This document shows positions 23,235-35,843 of a DNA stretch of 64,000 nucleotides, piece after piece. Made by a program: the position numbers and the translations under genes. The notes beneath the pieces are model-generated. The model was not told the DNA's origin. It saw nothing but the letters and a program-made list of their open reading frames with translations, and did not search any database. This DNA is from Octopus sinensis. Lineage: Eukaryota. Numbering within the stretch: the stretch's first letter is position 1; each line of letters starts with the position of its first letter. The stretch covers positions 8,556,001-8,620,000 of the forward strand of contig NC_042999.1 of NCBI RefSeq assembly GCF_006345805.1, in the 5' to 3' direction.

Positions 23235-24145
23235 CATCATCATCATCATCATCGTTTAATGTCTGTTTTCCATGCTAGCATGGGTTAGAAGGTTCGCCCA
23301 GGGTCTGGGAAACCAGGAGGCTGCACCAGGCTCCAGTCTGATCTGGCAGTGTTTCTACAGCTGGATGCCCTTCCTAACGCCAACCACTCCGTGAGTGTAG
23401 TGGGTGCTTTTTACGTGCCACCTGCACAGGTGCCAGGCTAGGCTGGCAATGGATACAATCGGTTGGTGCTTTTTATGTGCCACCAGCACAGAAGCCAATC
23501 AAGGTGGCGCTGGCATCGGTCAGTTTCAGATAGTGCTTTTTATGTGCCTACTGGTACGGAAGCCAGACAGCTGCTCTGTCACTGGTCCTGCTCCGATGAA
23601 GCTGTTAGTGCTCCACTGACATGGGTGCCAATCATCGAATTTCATTCAATTTCAATTTCACTTGCCCCAACAGGTCTTCACAAGCAGAGTTTAGTGTCCA
23701 ATGAAGGGAGGTTAGCATAGGTGCCAGTCGTCGAATTTGCTTCAATATCGAATTCAATTTCGATTTCACTTGCCTCAACAGGTCTTCGCAAGCTGAGTTT
23801 TGTGTCCAAAGAAGGAAAGGTACGCATAAGTGGACTGGCTACATCCCAGGTAAAGGCCACGGGTTATGGTCTCACTTGTCCTGTCGGGTCTTCTCATGCA
23901 CAACATATTTCCAAAGGTCTCGGTCACTAGTCATTGCCTCAGTGAGACCTAATATTCGAAGGTCGTGCTTCACCACCTTGTCCCAGGTTTTCCTGGGTCT
24001 ACCTCTTACACAGGTTCCCTCAACCGCTAGGGTGTGGCACTTTTTCACACACCTATCTTCATCCATTCTCGCCACATGACCATACCAGCACAATCGTCTC
24101 TCTTGCTCACCACAACTGATAGGTCCAACTTTTCTCTCAAGGTAC
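23235..24145 (-). mobile_element. RTE LINE 3' fragment (ORF C-terminus + 3' UTR + ATG tail)
   Basis: WYGHVARMDEDRCVKKC...GRPRKTW; colinear with 32208-33090. Confidence 0.88.
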
Positions 24146-24363
24146 TTACATATATGTATATTTATCTATATATATATGTATAGATATGTATATATATATA
24201 TATATATGAATTAAAAAAATGGAGTTAACGCAGGTGTAATCAAATATTTTTACTTTCGACACATGTTTCAAAAATTCCACTGGTAACTATTTATAAATGC
24301 TGCCCTGGTAACTATTTATTTATTTTTTCTGTGTTAATTGTTAACAAGGTAAAAATACACTCA

Positions 24364-25031
24364 TCTATTTATATATATATATATATATATAAAACTGAGA
24401 ATGTGTGTCTGTCTGTCTGTCTGTGTGTTTCCCTAAAACTTGAGAACTACACAACCAATTTCATTCAAATTTTACACATGCCTCACTTAGGGTCCATGTA
24501 GTTTCATCGGCAAAAACATATTTTCAACTTCTTGCCTAGGGCGAGCCCATAGCAATATCATATCTTCTCCACTATTTCAGTATTACGTGTTAAAAGTGAA
24601 ACAAAAACATTTCTCTATTTTATGTCAGATACTTTCACTTTAACAATAAAAATAATAATAACAATTGAATTATATGTAGTAAGTAATAATTAAAATCAAA
24701 CTAAAGTATAATATAATGGTAACATAACAAAAGTAAAAATAGCAATTGGTATAAAAATTGCATCAGGATTTGAACTTGAATAAGTGGTTTCACATGATGG
24801 GAATAAATAAAAAATAAATTAGCGTGCAGAAATGGAATAGTCTTACAATTCCAGTCTGTATATATTTTCAGTATTGTTATCACAAGCGATATCAAGATAT
24901 AACTTTGTATTTTGTATTTTATGTGTAGATGTATATATTATAGTTGTACATGTAATATGTACACCATATATATATACACATATATACATGCACTAGCACT
25001 ATGACCCAGCAAAGATGGGTCATAATGCTAG
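24364..25031 (+). mobile_element. Non-autonomous Helitron, family H2
   Basis: 5' TC-(TA)n-AAAACTGAGAATG-(GTCT)n; 3' 8-bp hairpin TATGACCC/GGGTCATA (25000-25024) then CTAG|T. Confidence 0.65.
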
Positions 25032-25399
25032 TATTATATATATGTATTATATGTATATAGTTATAATATATAATTTATGTATATATATAGATAATGTATA
25101 TATATACATATATATATATATATATCTATATATATATATATATATAATATATGTATATATATATATGTATATATATATATAGTATATATATAATATATAT
25201 ATATATATATAATAGATATATATCTATATATACATATATATATATTATATATATATATATATATTATATTATACACATACAATATACATATATATATATA
25301 TATGTGTACTTTGGATCGTAGGGTGATATGCCGTGCTTGAGGAGCCCTATTAAGTCAAGTACATCATCATCAACATCAATATCAAATCAAATCAAAGAA

Positions 25400-25682
25400 A
25401 TTGTAGTTGAGGCCCCCATGCTGGTGGCATGTAAAAAGCACCATCTGATCATGGTCAATGCCAGCTCGTCTGGCCCCTGTGCTGTTGGCACATAAAAAAG
25501 CGTCTACTACACTCTCGGAGTGGTTGGCATTAAGAAGGGCATCCAGCTGTAGAAACACTGCCAGCTCAGATTGGGGCCTGGTGCAACCTCCTGGCTTCCC
25601 AGACCCCAGCCAAACCGTCCAACCCATTCCAGCATGGAAAATAGCTGATAAACAATGATGATGATGATGATGATGATGATGA
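25400..25682 (+). mobile_element. RTE-3'-end short copy
   Basis: Family core and (GAT)n tail. Confidence 0.75.
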
Positions 25683-25734
25683 TATATGTATATATACATA
25701 TACATATTATATAACACACATATGCATGTACCCT

Positions 25735-25769
<35 letters not shown>

Positions 25770-25938
25770 ATGCCAGCATGGAAGTGGATGTTACACGATT
25801 TGATGATGTGTATATATATGTATATATATATATAATATATAATATATATAATATATATATAAATATTTAGGGAATAAATCCAAATTTTACAGGAAAAAAA
25901 ATCAGATTTGGAATAAATCCAATTTTATAGTAAATATT

Positions 25939-26174
25939 ATATAATATTAATTCGAGACAAAACCACTATTTTGCAAATCAAACAAGAAAGACTTAATCAA
26001 TACATAAAAATTAAAACTGACTAGAAGATCGGAAATCCACCTGACGAATGTCATTTAAAGACATGAAACAATTGTAGTGGCGATTTATTTACTTTATAAA
26101 TTTTTTATGTATTGATTAAGTCTTTCCTTGTTTGATTTGCAAAATAGTGGTTTTGTCTCGAATTAATATTATAT
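25939..26174. repeat. ~75-bp inverted repeat flanking the 26033 hammerhead (Penelope-like inverted pLTR remnant)
   Basis: 25939-26012 is the reverse complement of 26099-26174 with ~2 indels. Microsatellites flank both sides. Confidence 0.8.
26033..26086 (+). ncRNA. Minimal type I hammerhead ribozyme (Penelope-like); predicted cleavage after the A at 26076
   Basis: CCAC CUGACGA AUGUC-AUUUAAA-GACAU GAA ACAAUUGU A | GUGG. Stem I is CCAC/GUGG, extendable by AAAU/AUUU across a 2-nt bulge. Palindromic stem III, GUA triplet. Confidence 0.8.
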
Positions 26175-26606
26175 ATATATATATATAGATAGATAGACAG
26201 ATATACATACATACATACATGCATACGCATACATTCACATACATAATCTCCATGCACACCCTGTCAACGTGTGTTTAGTGTTTAAGAATGTAAAAACCTA
26301 CATTAGAATACTTCTAAACATGCATCTGTGTGTATATGATTTATTTGTATTATATGCCTCTTAATACATATATTTATCATACATGTGCATCACATACACA
26401 CACACACATATATATATATTTGAGTATGAATAATATGGATTATTGCAGTAAAATAACCAAGGAAGTATATATGGACTTAAGGACTCTCATCAAAAGTAGT
26501 AATTTTTAATTTTTATTTTACATTTCAAACAAACACCATTTTACAATTTTACTTCAAATTTTTTAAAAAACTATGATTCGATATATTATAAAATATTCAT
26601 ATTTTA

Positions 26607-26698
26607 TATCTCTGAAGAGCAGAAGGGTTGTCTATAAATGCTTATCAATATAGGATTTCATTATAGGGACAACTCTTCCGCGAAACGATTGTAAGATG
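26607..26698 (+). ncRNA. Candidate hammerhead ribozyme with long stem II
   Basis: UAUCU CUGAAGA GC-AGAAGGGUUGUCUAUAA...UUAUAGGGACAACUCUUC-CGC GAA AC-GAUU-GU A | AGAUG. Stem I is 5 bp including one G-U; stem III is only 2 bp. Confidence 0.5.
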
Positions 26699-27732
26699 CT
26701 TAAATAATTAATTCTAAACTTTTAAACTATCAAATTTATTTCATACATTATATTTATATTTTTATATTTATTTATTTATATATATATTTTAATACAATAA
26801 GTTCACATGGTTATATCTTTATGACGAGTTTGTATATTAAGTTCCTTATATTAATAATAATAATATATTATTAAAAAATATATGTATATATATATATATA
26901 TATTTATCTAGATCTATATATATATATATATCTATATTTATATAAGACGTTATTATTGTTCACTGATATTTTCCCTATCATGTCTGTAATAGATTTGTGA
27001 CTCTTCAGTGGTACAGAAGTATTTTTGACTTCTATTTTTAGCGATGTAGGTGCTCATGCAGTGTCCTTGTGTATATATGTACATATCTAATATTTTATGT
27101 ATATACTGTATTAATTTGCCTGTACGGCTGATAATTCGCTTGCCACTTATGACAGTACTTTAATAATACCATCCCTGTATTCATATATATATATATGTGT
27201 GTGTGTGTGTATGTGCGTGTATATACTATATATTATATATGTGCTTTATGCCACTTAATATACCCGTATAGTGGGCGGGTGTTGAATCAAACAAAACCGG
27301 ACCAGACTCCATCAAATTTTCTTCCATCCTTGCTATAAATATTATCGACATTCATAGTATTTTTGGTCTCCTTCCATTTGTTTTACCATTTTCCTCCATA
27401 CACTCAAATTAAAGAACAAAAGGAATTACTAATGACTTCAATAAGTCGCGAAATTTCTGCCAGTCTTAAAATTTTTTTTTTTTGCTATATATGCATAATA
27501 TACACATTGCTACACTCCTATATATACATGTGTACGCGAGTGTCTTTCCATATATATATATCTATATATATGAACTCACACGCACACAAACTCACACACA
27601 CACACACTCACACACATGCACACAGATACACATATATATATATACATATAGATAGATAGATAGATAGATAGATAGTAGATAGATAGATTGATAGATAAAT
27701 AGATAGATATAGATATATATGTATGTATTATG

Positions 27733-27767
<35 letters not shown>

Positions 27768-28674
27768 TACACACACACCATTTTTGCATATATATATACA
27801 TTATATATATAGATAGATAGATGGATAGATAAATAGATAGATAGATAGATATAGATATATATGTATGTATGTATATATGTATATATATATATATATATGC
27901 ATGTATATACACACACACCATATATGCATATATATATATACATATATATATACATGCATACTGCATAATAAAATGATAGCACATGTCATTAATATAAGTT
28001 ATCTCTATTTGAGGTTTTTATGAGGTAAAACTTGAATTTATATTACGATAACCTTCTTTGTGATAACTAACAATTAAAAGCTTGATTTTTAGAAATAACT
28101 TCAAAAATAAAGAAGAAAGAATTCCGAAATTTCCATAAAGTAATCTGTGACAATATTCCGATAGATTAATCAATTCTCTTTTTTTTTTTGTATTGTTTTT
28201 GCTTTTTTTTCCTAAATTAAAATTCTACTTTGAAACATTAAATACAGACACTATTGTTATTTAATTGCGTGTATGATTGCTCTGCTCTCGAAGCACTCAA
28301 CTAAGTCTTTTATCTATATTTCATATCGTTATTTTGAACCTAGCTCTGATTCATGTTATGGCCTCTTCTATTGAACCTTTGAAGCTACTCATAAAATTGT
28401 TTTTCCTCTTTGTACACAATCTTTCATTAATTTGGTCGATGCTGCTTAATGGATTAGGGCCCAGTTAGCCTGCTACCCAGTCTGTTAGTTCCAGCCTTTT
28501 GGTGTCTTTACCAAACTTTTCTTTCTTTCTTTAGGGGTTTCTTGTCAAATAAAAGTTAATAAAAATGTTAACCCTTCTGTTACCCTATTTCTGGTGAAAT
28601 ACACTGATTCTGTTTCAGTTAATTTCGAAATTAATGAAGAACTTGGTTAAATAACTGTCGTTATTAACCTGATG

Positions 28675-29092
28675 TAAGGCAGCAAGCTGGCAGAATCATT
28701 AGCACACCGGGCAAAATGTACAGCAGTATTTCATCTGCTGTTACGTTCTGAGTTCAAATTCTGCCGAGGTCAGCTTTGCCTTTCATCCTTTCGAGGTTGA
28801 TTAAATAAGTACCAGTTACGCACTGGGGTCGATATAATCAACTTAATCCGTTTGTCTGTCCTTGTTTGTCCCCTCTGTGTAGCCCCTTGTGGGCAGTAAA
28901 GAAATAAGTATTTCGTCTGCCGCTATGTTCTGGGTTCAAATTCCACTGAGGTCGAACTTGATTTACTCTTTTTTTTTGTGGGGCGGGGTCTATAAATTAA
29001 GTACCAGTTATGCACTGGGGTCAATGGGGTCAATGTAATCAACTAGTCTCCCCCAACCAAATTTCAGGTCTTGTGCCTTTAGTAGAAAGGGT
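28675..29092 (+). mobile_element. Two tandem S1 SINE copies
   Basis: Core sequence present twice. Confidence 0.75.
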
Positions 29093-29276
29093 CATTAACC
29101 TGATTTTAAAGTGGTGAGCTCGCAGAATCGTTAGCTCATTGGACAAAATGCTCGGCTGACCAATGCTAGAATATACGTCACCAAGGTGTCGTGCAGCAGG
29201 ACTCAATCCAAAGACATTTTGGAGGGAAATGAGGTTCTTAATCACAAAGCCCTGTCTGTGCCCATGTATATATGTG

Positions 29277-29332
<56 letters not shown>

Positions 29333-29664
29333 TATGTGTGTGCATGCATACATATCTTTTAGCATTTACTTGTTTCAGTCATTAGACTGCAGCCATGCTG
29401 GGGCTCCACCATGAAATTTTAGCCAAATGAAATCACCCCCCCCTCCCAATTCTTTTTTACTTTTCTGAACTTGGTGCTTATTGTATTGGTCATTTGTTTG
29501 CCAAACTGCTAAGTTAGAGGGAAATAACCACACCAACACCAGTTATCAGTGGTGGAGGATGAACACAGATAGATAGAAAGACTCACACACACACACACAC
29601 ACACTCACACACACACACCACACTACACACACACACATACACACACACACACATATATATATAT

Positions 29665-29857
29665 GTGCCGGTGGCACGTAAAAAGCACCCACTACACTCA
29701 CGGAGTAGTTGGCGTTAGGAAGGGCATCCAGCTGTAGAAACACTGCCAGAAAGACTGGGCCTGGCACAGCCTTCTGGCTTCCCAGACCCCAGTTGAACCG
29801 TCCAACCCATGCTAGCATGGAAAGCGGACGTTAAACGATGATGATGATGATGATGAT
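29665..29857 (+). mobile_element. RTE-3'-end short copy
   Basis: Family core and (GAT)n tail. Confidence 0.8.
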
Positions 29858-30174
29858 ATATATATAAGGTGTGTTATGAGCATTTATAGAACACGTAACC
29901 TATATAAACTCCACAAACGATTAAAGAGGGAGAAGAGAAGATGTCATAAGTATATGAAATTTTAATCCATGCATGCAAATGTTTCGAATGGTAATATTAA
30001 CGTGTAAGAAACATAGAAAGAATTAGAAATTAATTTCATTATAATTATAATTAAATTAATTACATATTACTGTTCTCCTCGGTGTGAAAGAAGAATACAT
30101 CAAAAAGAATTTATCAGAAGAATATTATATTGTTACAGAAGACAAGATGGAGTGAGTGTCACATAACATATTCA

Positions 30175-30480
30175 GATCATCATCATCATCATTGTTTAAC
30201 GTCCACTTTCCATGCTAGCATGGGTTGGACAGTTTGACCGGGGTCTGGGAAGCCAGGGCTGCACCAGACTCCAGTCTGATCTGGCAGTGGTTTCTACAGC
30301 TTGATGCCTTTTCTAATGTCAACCACTCCGTGAGTGCAGTGGGTGCCTTTTACGTACCACTGGCACAGGGGCAAGAGGAGGCTAGCAAATGGCCATGATC
30401 AAATGGTGCTTTTACGTGTCACCGACACAGACACCAGACAAGGTGACGCTGGCATTTGCCATGTTTGGACGGTGCTTTTC
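30175..30480 (-). mobile_element. RTE-3'-end short copy
   Basis: Family core and (CAT)n. Confidence 0.8.
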
Positions 30481-31239
30481 AGATATTCATGATATTATTA
30501 TGAAAGGTGAAAGATAAAAACATGCTTAGGTAGTGTTGAGTGTAGTTGTATATGAACTATACCTCATAATATATATATAGTTAATCCAAACAAGAAAACA
30601 CAGAAAAAAAGAGAAAAAAAACACAGCAACGCAGGACGTGGAACAATTAAAGTATTATTGACACTCAGGAAAGAAGGGAAGGAGGGTTTAACGTTTCAAG
30701 CGGAGCTCTTTGTCGGAAACAAGGAGAAGGAAAGATCCCAAGAAGGGAAGACAGAGGAAAAAATATTTGATGTATGTATGTATATATAGATAGAGCAATA
30801 AGAAAATGGAGAGGATCAAGAGGTGGTTCATCAACTTTTAGACATTATATTCTGTCAATTTATTTATGTATTGACTAAAATGACAATTACAAGAATATAC
30901 ATACGTGTATAACATATGCTTTACATATAAAATAGATTAATATATAAAGATACTAGTAATTATTAAAATATAACATACAGGAATATTAATTGGGAAATAT
31001 TCCTGATTGTTATATTTATATTTATATTTATATATATGCATATATATATATATATATATATATGTGTATATATATAAATAAATAAGCATCCAATGGGACA
31101 GTATAGCTATATTTATATTTATATATGATTTGACTGTTGTGAGTGGTATACAATGAAAATGATGAAAATAAATTATGGTGTATATTAAAAAGAAATTGTT
31201 TAAAAAAATTCTTAGAATACGGAATACAAATAGTTTTAC

Positions 31240-31640
31240 TCTTTTACTCTTTTACTTGTTTCAGTCATTTGACTGTGGCCATGCAGGAGCACCACCTTTA
31301 ATTGAGCAACTCGACCCCAGGACTTATTCTTTTGTAAGCCCAGTACTTATTCTATCGGTCTCTTTTGCCGAACCGCTAAGTAACGGGGACGTAAACACAC
31401 CAGCATCGGTTGTCAAGCAATGCTAGGGGGTCTAACACAGACACACAAACACACACACGCATATATATATATATACATATATACAACAGGTTTCTTTCAG
31501 TTTCCGTCTACTGAATCCACTCACAAGGCTTTGGTCGGCCCGAGGCTATAGCAGAAGACACTTGCCCAAAATGCCCCGCAGTGGGACTGAACCCAGAACC
31601 ATGTTGTTGGTAAACAAGCTACTTACCACACAGTCACAAT
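31240..31640 (-). mobile_element. tRNA/CORE-like SINE with internal (TA)n(TG)n and (GAGTAAAA)n tail, full copy
   Basis: Minus strand: GGTTCAGTCCC B box, TTGGGCAAGTGTCTT CORE-like segment, microsatellite, body, GGTGCTCC(T)GCATGGCCACAG tail. Confidence 0.75.
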
Positions 31641-33184
31641 TTTATATAAGTTACATGAAATTCAAATGGCAAAAAAATTTAGGGTTGTGAGGGAGTAATT
31701 ATTAGGTTAATATAATGGGGAAAACATATTTATTATTAGTTAAAAAGCATTATATTAACTTGTGTGAAATAAGTCTAAGAGGAGGGACTAAAAATTGGAG
31801 AATAGTTGTTAATATTACAAAATCAAGAAAGAAAATACTTGCGATGGTTAAAATTATTGAAAAAAAATTAAAAAACAGGTACAGTGATAAGATTTTTTTT
31901 TTTTTTTTGAGAGGTTGAATAAGGTATCAGTGTAGGGGAGATAAGACTGAACTCAATGTTGCAAACAAAATAGAAACCATTAACACTCTGGCAGTACCAA
32001 TCGTAGCTTACCACGCAGCCACTCCTGCACCTATATATATGTATATATAGGAGAGTATTGTGGCTCGCTTGAAGCATTGTGTATTGTTTGTGAAAATAAA
32101 AAAATAATAATGTGTTTTGAATTGCACAACAATGCACTGTTGTGTCATTCAAAACACATTATTATTATTATTTTTTACATACATACATATATGTGTGTGT
32201 ATATATATATCATCATCATCATCATCATTTAGCGTCCGTTTTCCATGCTAGCATGGATTGGACGGTTCTACTGGGGTCTGTGAAGCCAGAAGGCTTCATC
32301 AGGCCCAGTCAAATCTGGCAGTGTTTCTACGGCTGGATGCCCTTCCTAACGCCAACCACTCCGTGAGTGTAGTGGGTGCTTTTTACGTGCCACCCGCACT
32401 GGTGCCAGACAGAGCTGGCAAACGGCCACGAACGGATGGTGCTTTTTATGTGCCACCGGCACGAGGGCCAGGCGAGGCTGGCAACGGACACGAAACGGGG
32501 CGGTGCTGGCAACGGTCGCGAATGGAAAGTTCTCTTACATGCCACCGGCACTGGTAACACATCTGCAATTTCCATTGATCGATTTCCATTGATCGATTTC
32601 GATTCTGATCCTCACTTGCCTCATGGGTCTTCACAAGCAGAGTTTCGACATGCCACCGGCACTGGTAGCACATCCGCAATTTCCATTGATCGATTTCGAT
32701 TCTGATCCTCACTTGCCTCAACACATCTTCACAAGTAGAGTTTTGTGTCCCAAGAAGGGAAGGTATGCATACGTAGGCTGGCTCCATCCCATGTAGAAGG
32801 CACGGGTTGTGGACTCACTTGTCCTGCCGGGTCTTCTCGCGCACAGCACACTTCCAGAGGTCTCGGTCTCTAGTCATTTCCTCAGTGAGACCTAAAGTTC
32901 AAAGGTCGTGCTTCACCACCTCGTCCCAGGTTTTCCTGGGTCTGCCTCTTCCACAGGTTCCCTCAACCGCTAGGGTGTGGCACTTTTTCACACAACTATC
33001 TTCATCCATTCTCGCCACATGACCATACCAGCGCAACGTCTCTCTTGCACACCACAACTGATGCTTCTTAGGTCCAGCTTTTCTCTCAAGGTACTTACAC
33101 TCTGCCGAGTGTGAGTACCGGCATTACACATCCATCGGAGCATACTGGCTTCATTTCTAGCGAGCTTACGCATATCCTCAGCAG

Positions 33185-34540
33185 TCACGGCCCATGTTTC
33201 ACTGCCATGTAGCATGGCTGTTCGTACACACGCATCATACAGTCTGCCTTCACTCTGTGCGAGAGGCCTTTTGTCACCAGCAGAGGTAAGAGCTCTCTGA
33301 ACTTTGCCCAAGCTATTCTTACTCTAGCAGTTACACTTTCAGCACACCCGCCCCCGCTGCTGACTTGGTCACCTAGGTAACGGAAACTATCAACTATTTC
33401 TAGTTTTTCTCCCTGGAAAGTGACGGAAGTTGGTCTCAGAGCATTTTCAGTGTTTATTGTTCCTGAGCATCTGCCACATACAAAAACCATCTTCCTAGTT
33501 AGCCTTCCTTTGACATTGCTGCATCTTTCATGTGTCCATAGCTTACACTTGGTGCATCTTATAGAGTTTCTACCTACACCTTTTCTACAGATCGAGCAGG
33601 GCCATCTACCTGAAGGTGTTTGTGATTTGTCTACCTTCCTACTGATTACGACTTTGGTTTTAGCTAGATTGACTCTGAGGCCCTTCGATTCTAATCCTTG
33701 TTTCCACACCTGAAACTTCTCCTCCAGTTCTGATAGCGACTCAGCAATTAGAGCAAGGTCATCAGCATAGAGGAGCTCCCAAGGGCATCCTGTCTTCAAT
33801 TCCTCCGTTATTGCCTGGAGGACTATGATAAATAGGAGGGGGCTGAGTACTGAGCCTTGGTGGACCCCTACCTCTACCCGGAATTCTTCACTGTACTCAT
33901 TTCCAACCCTCACCCTACTAGCGGCGTCCTATACATGGCCCGCACAGCTCTCACTAACCATTCATCTATCCCTAGTTTTCTCATTGCCACCAGATAAGGG
34001 ATCGGGGGACCCTGTCGAAGGCTTTCTCCATGTCAACAAAAGCCAGGTACAGGGGCTTATCTTTGGCTAGGTATTTCTCCTGCAGCTGCCTTACCAGGAA
34101 TATAGCATCAGTAGTACTTTCCCTGGCACAAACCCAAACTGCATCTCATCTAAACTAACTCTCTCTCTAATTAGTTGGGCTATGACCCTCTCCGTAACCT
34201 TCATCACCTGGTCCAACAGCTTCATACCTCTGTAGTTATTTGTATCTAGGGCATCACCTTTACCTTTGTAGCAGTTGACTATTATACTGCTACACCAGTC
34301 ATTGGGTATGACCCCTTTGTGTATCACCTGATTAACTATATGGGTGACTAGGCTATAGCCGACACTACCAGACATTTTGAGCATCTCTGCAGTGATTCCT
34401 GATGGGCCTGGGGCTTTCCCTGTCTTCATGCTTCTAATTGCCTTAGCTACCACAGAACTATCAACTCGGATAGCTGGTCCCTCTGTTGGGTCAACATTCG
34501 GCAGACTCTCTTTATCCCATTCATTTTCTTCATTCAGCAA
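33185..34540 (-). pseudogene. RTE LINE reverse-transcriptase coding segments (frameshifted)
   Basis: GKAPGPSGI, YKGKGDALDTNNYRGMKLL, QFGFVPG, QGSVLSPLLF, YADD. Confidence 0.9.
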
Positions 34541-35046
34541 CCTTCATAGTGGCATCTCCAAACCTCTCTCTTTGCATCCTCATTTAGCGCAAGTGAACCA
34601 TCTTCCATGCGAACACACTTCTCTCCTACCACATCACGATTCTCTCTCACACACTGTCTTGCAACACGAAACACCTCCAGTCTTTGGTCCTCACGGCGCA
34701 GAACATTGGCAAATTTTTTCTTATCTGCTTCCCCTCTCGCTAAATAAACCTGTCTCCTAGCTTCTCTTTTGGCAGTCTGATACAATTCCCTGCTACCCCC
34801 ATTTTTCAGACCTTCCAAGCCTGTCTCTTTTCTCTAATAGCCCTGTCTACAATATTGTTCCACCACCACGTTATTCTAGGTCGAGAGGGGACTTTGCACC
34901 AGCCACAGATCTGGTCAGTGGCTCTCAGCAGGTTGTCCCTTAGAAACGTCCAGCTGTCTTCTACCCCCTGTGATGCTCTATCCCCTTCTACTTCGTCAGA
35001 GGCTTCAAGTAATATGTCCCTAAATCTCTGTCCATTTGCAGGATCT

Positions 35047-35757
35047 TTAAGCTTCCAGATCCTTCTTCTCCATTTGTCGTCTTCTGGTTGTCCTCCTAGT
35101 CCTGATCCTAAAGTCACTAACTACCAGTCTATATTGTGGGGTACATTCTTCACCTGGGAAGGTTTTGGCATTTATAAGCAGCCATCTCTCCCTTTGCCTT
35201 GTAAGGATGTAGTCAATTTGGCTGGTATGTTGGCCCGATTGGTAAGTGACTAGGTGGCTGGTATGTTTCCTGAAGTTAGCGTTGCAAATCATAAGATTAT
35301 TTGCATCGCAGAACTCCAGCAGCCTGGTTCCCTCCTCGTTGCGGGAGCCATAGCCTCCATGTACGCCATGGAAGCCCCCAGCATGTCGTCCAACGTGACC
35401 ATTGAAGTCACCAGCCACAAAGATAAGGTCTCTGTCGTTCGTCAATGAGGTAGTCTGCAGTAGAGTGTCATAGAATCGGTCTTTCTGTCCATCGGGTAGC
35501 CCCGACTGAGGAGCATAGGCTGATATAATGGTTGCTAAACTATGATGAAGCACTAATCTAATCTTAAGTATTCTGTCACTTACTCTGATTACCTCAATTA
35601 CTTTATCTACCCATTTCTCAGCGATAAGTATACCCACGCCACCAACCCCGTCAGTGTTCCCTGCCCAGATAATCTTGTACCTGCGTTCCTTGCCTGTGAG
35701 GAACCTAGCTGATCCTCCTCTCCACCTTATTTCTTGCATGCAACATATATCCACACA

Positions 35758-35760
<3 letters not shown>
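35047..35760 (-). pseudogene. RTE LINE APE-endonuclease coding segment
   Basis: Motifs as listed for the LINE; the ORF upstream of 35760 is (TA)n noise. Confidence 0.9.
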
Positions 35761-35794
<34 letters not shown>

Positions 35795-35843
35795 TGCATA
35801 CATACATAATATATATGTATGCATATATATATTTATATATGTA

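Larger units (their letters stand above)
32208..35760 (-). mobile_element. RTE-clade LINE, 5'-truncated and frameshifted; APE endonuclease + reverse transcriptase; (ATG)n tail
   Basis: ORF pieces: APE (ICCMQEIRW, ISAYAPQ, AGDFNGHVG, SQIDYIL; 35047-35760) and RT (GVHQGSVLSPLLF, LLYADDL; 33185-33913). 3' UTR ends at (CAT)n on the + strand. TA tracts on both sides. Confidence 0.93.

Noticed and set aside
26960-27015. Minus-strand CUGAAGAGUC...GAC motif
   Set aside because: Stem II is not followed by GAAA, so the catalytic core is incomplete.
30139-30151. 13-nt micro-exon (TTACAG...GA|GTGAGT)
   Set aside because: Consensus splice words alone are expected by chance in 64 kb; weak pyrimidine tract and no supporting context.
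30685-30722. Minus-strand CCGACAAAGAGC-UCC-GCUUGAAACGUU hammerhead relic
   Set aside because: The core deviates from CUGANGA at several positions; at best a dead Penelope-type remnant.
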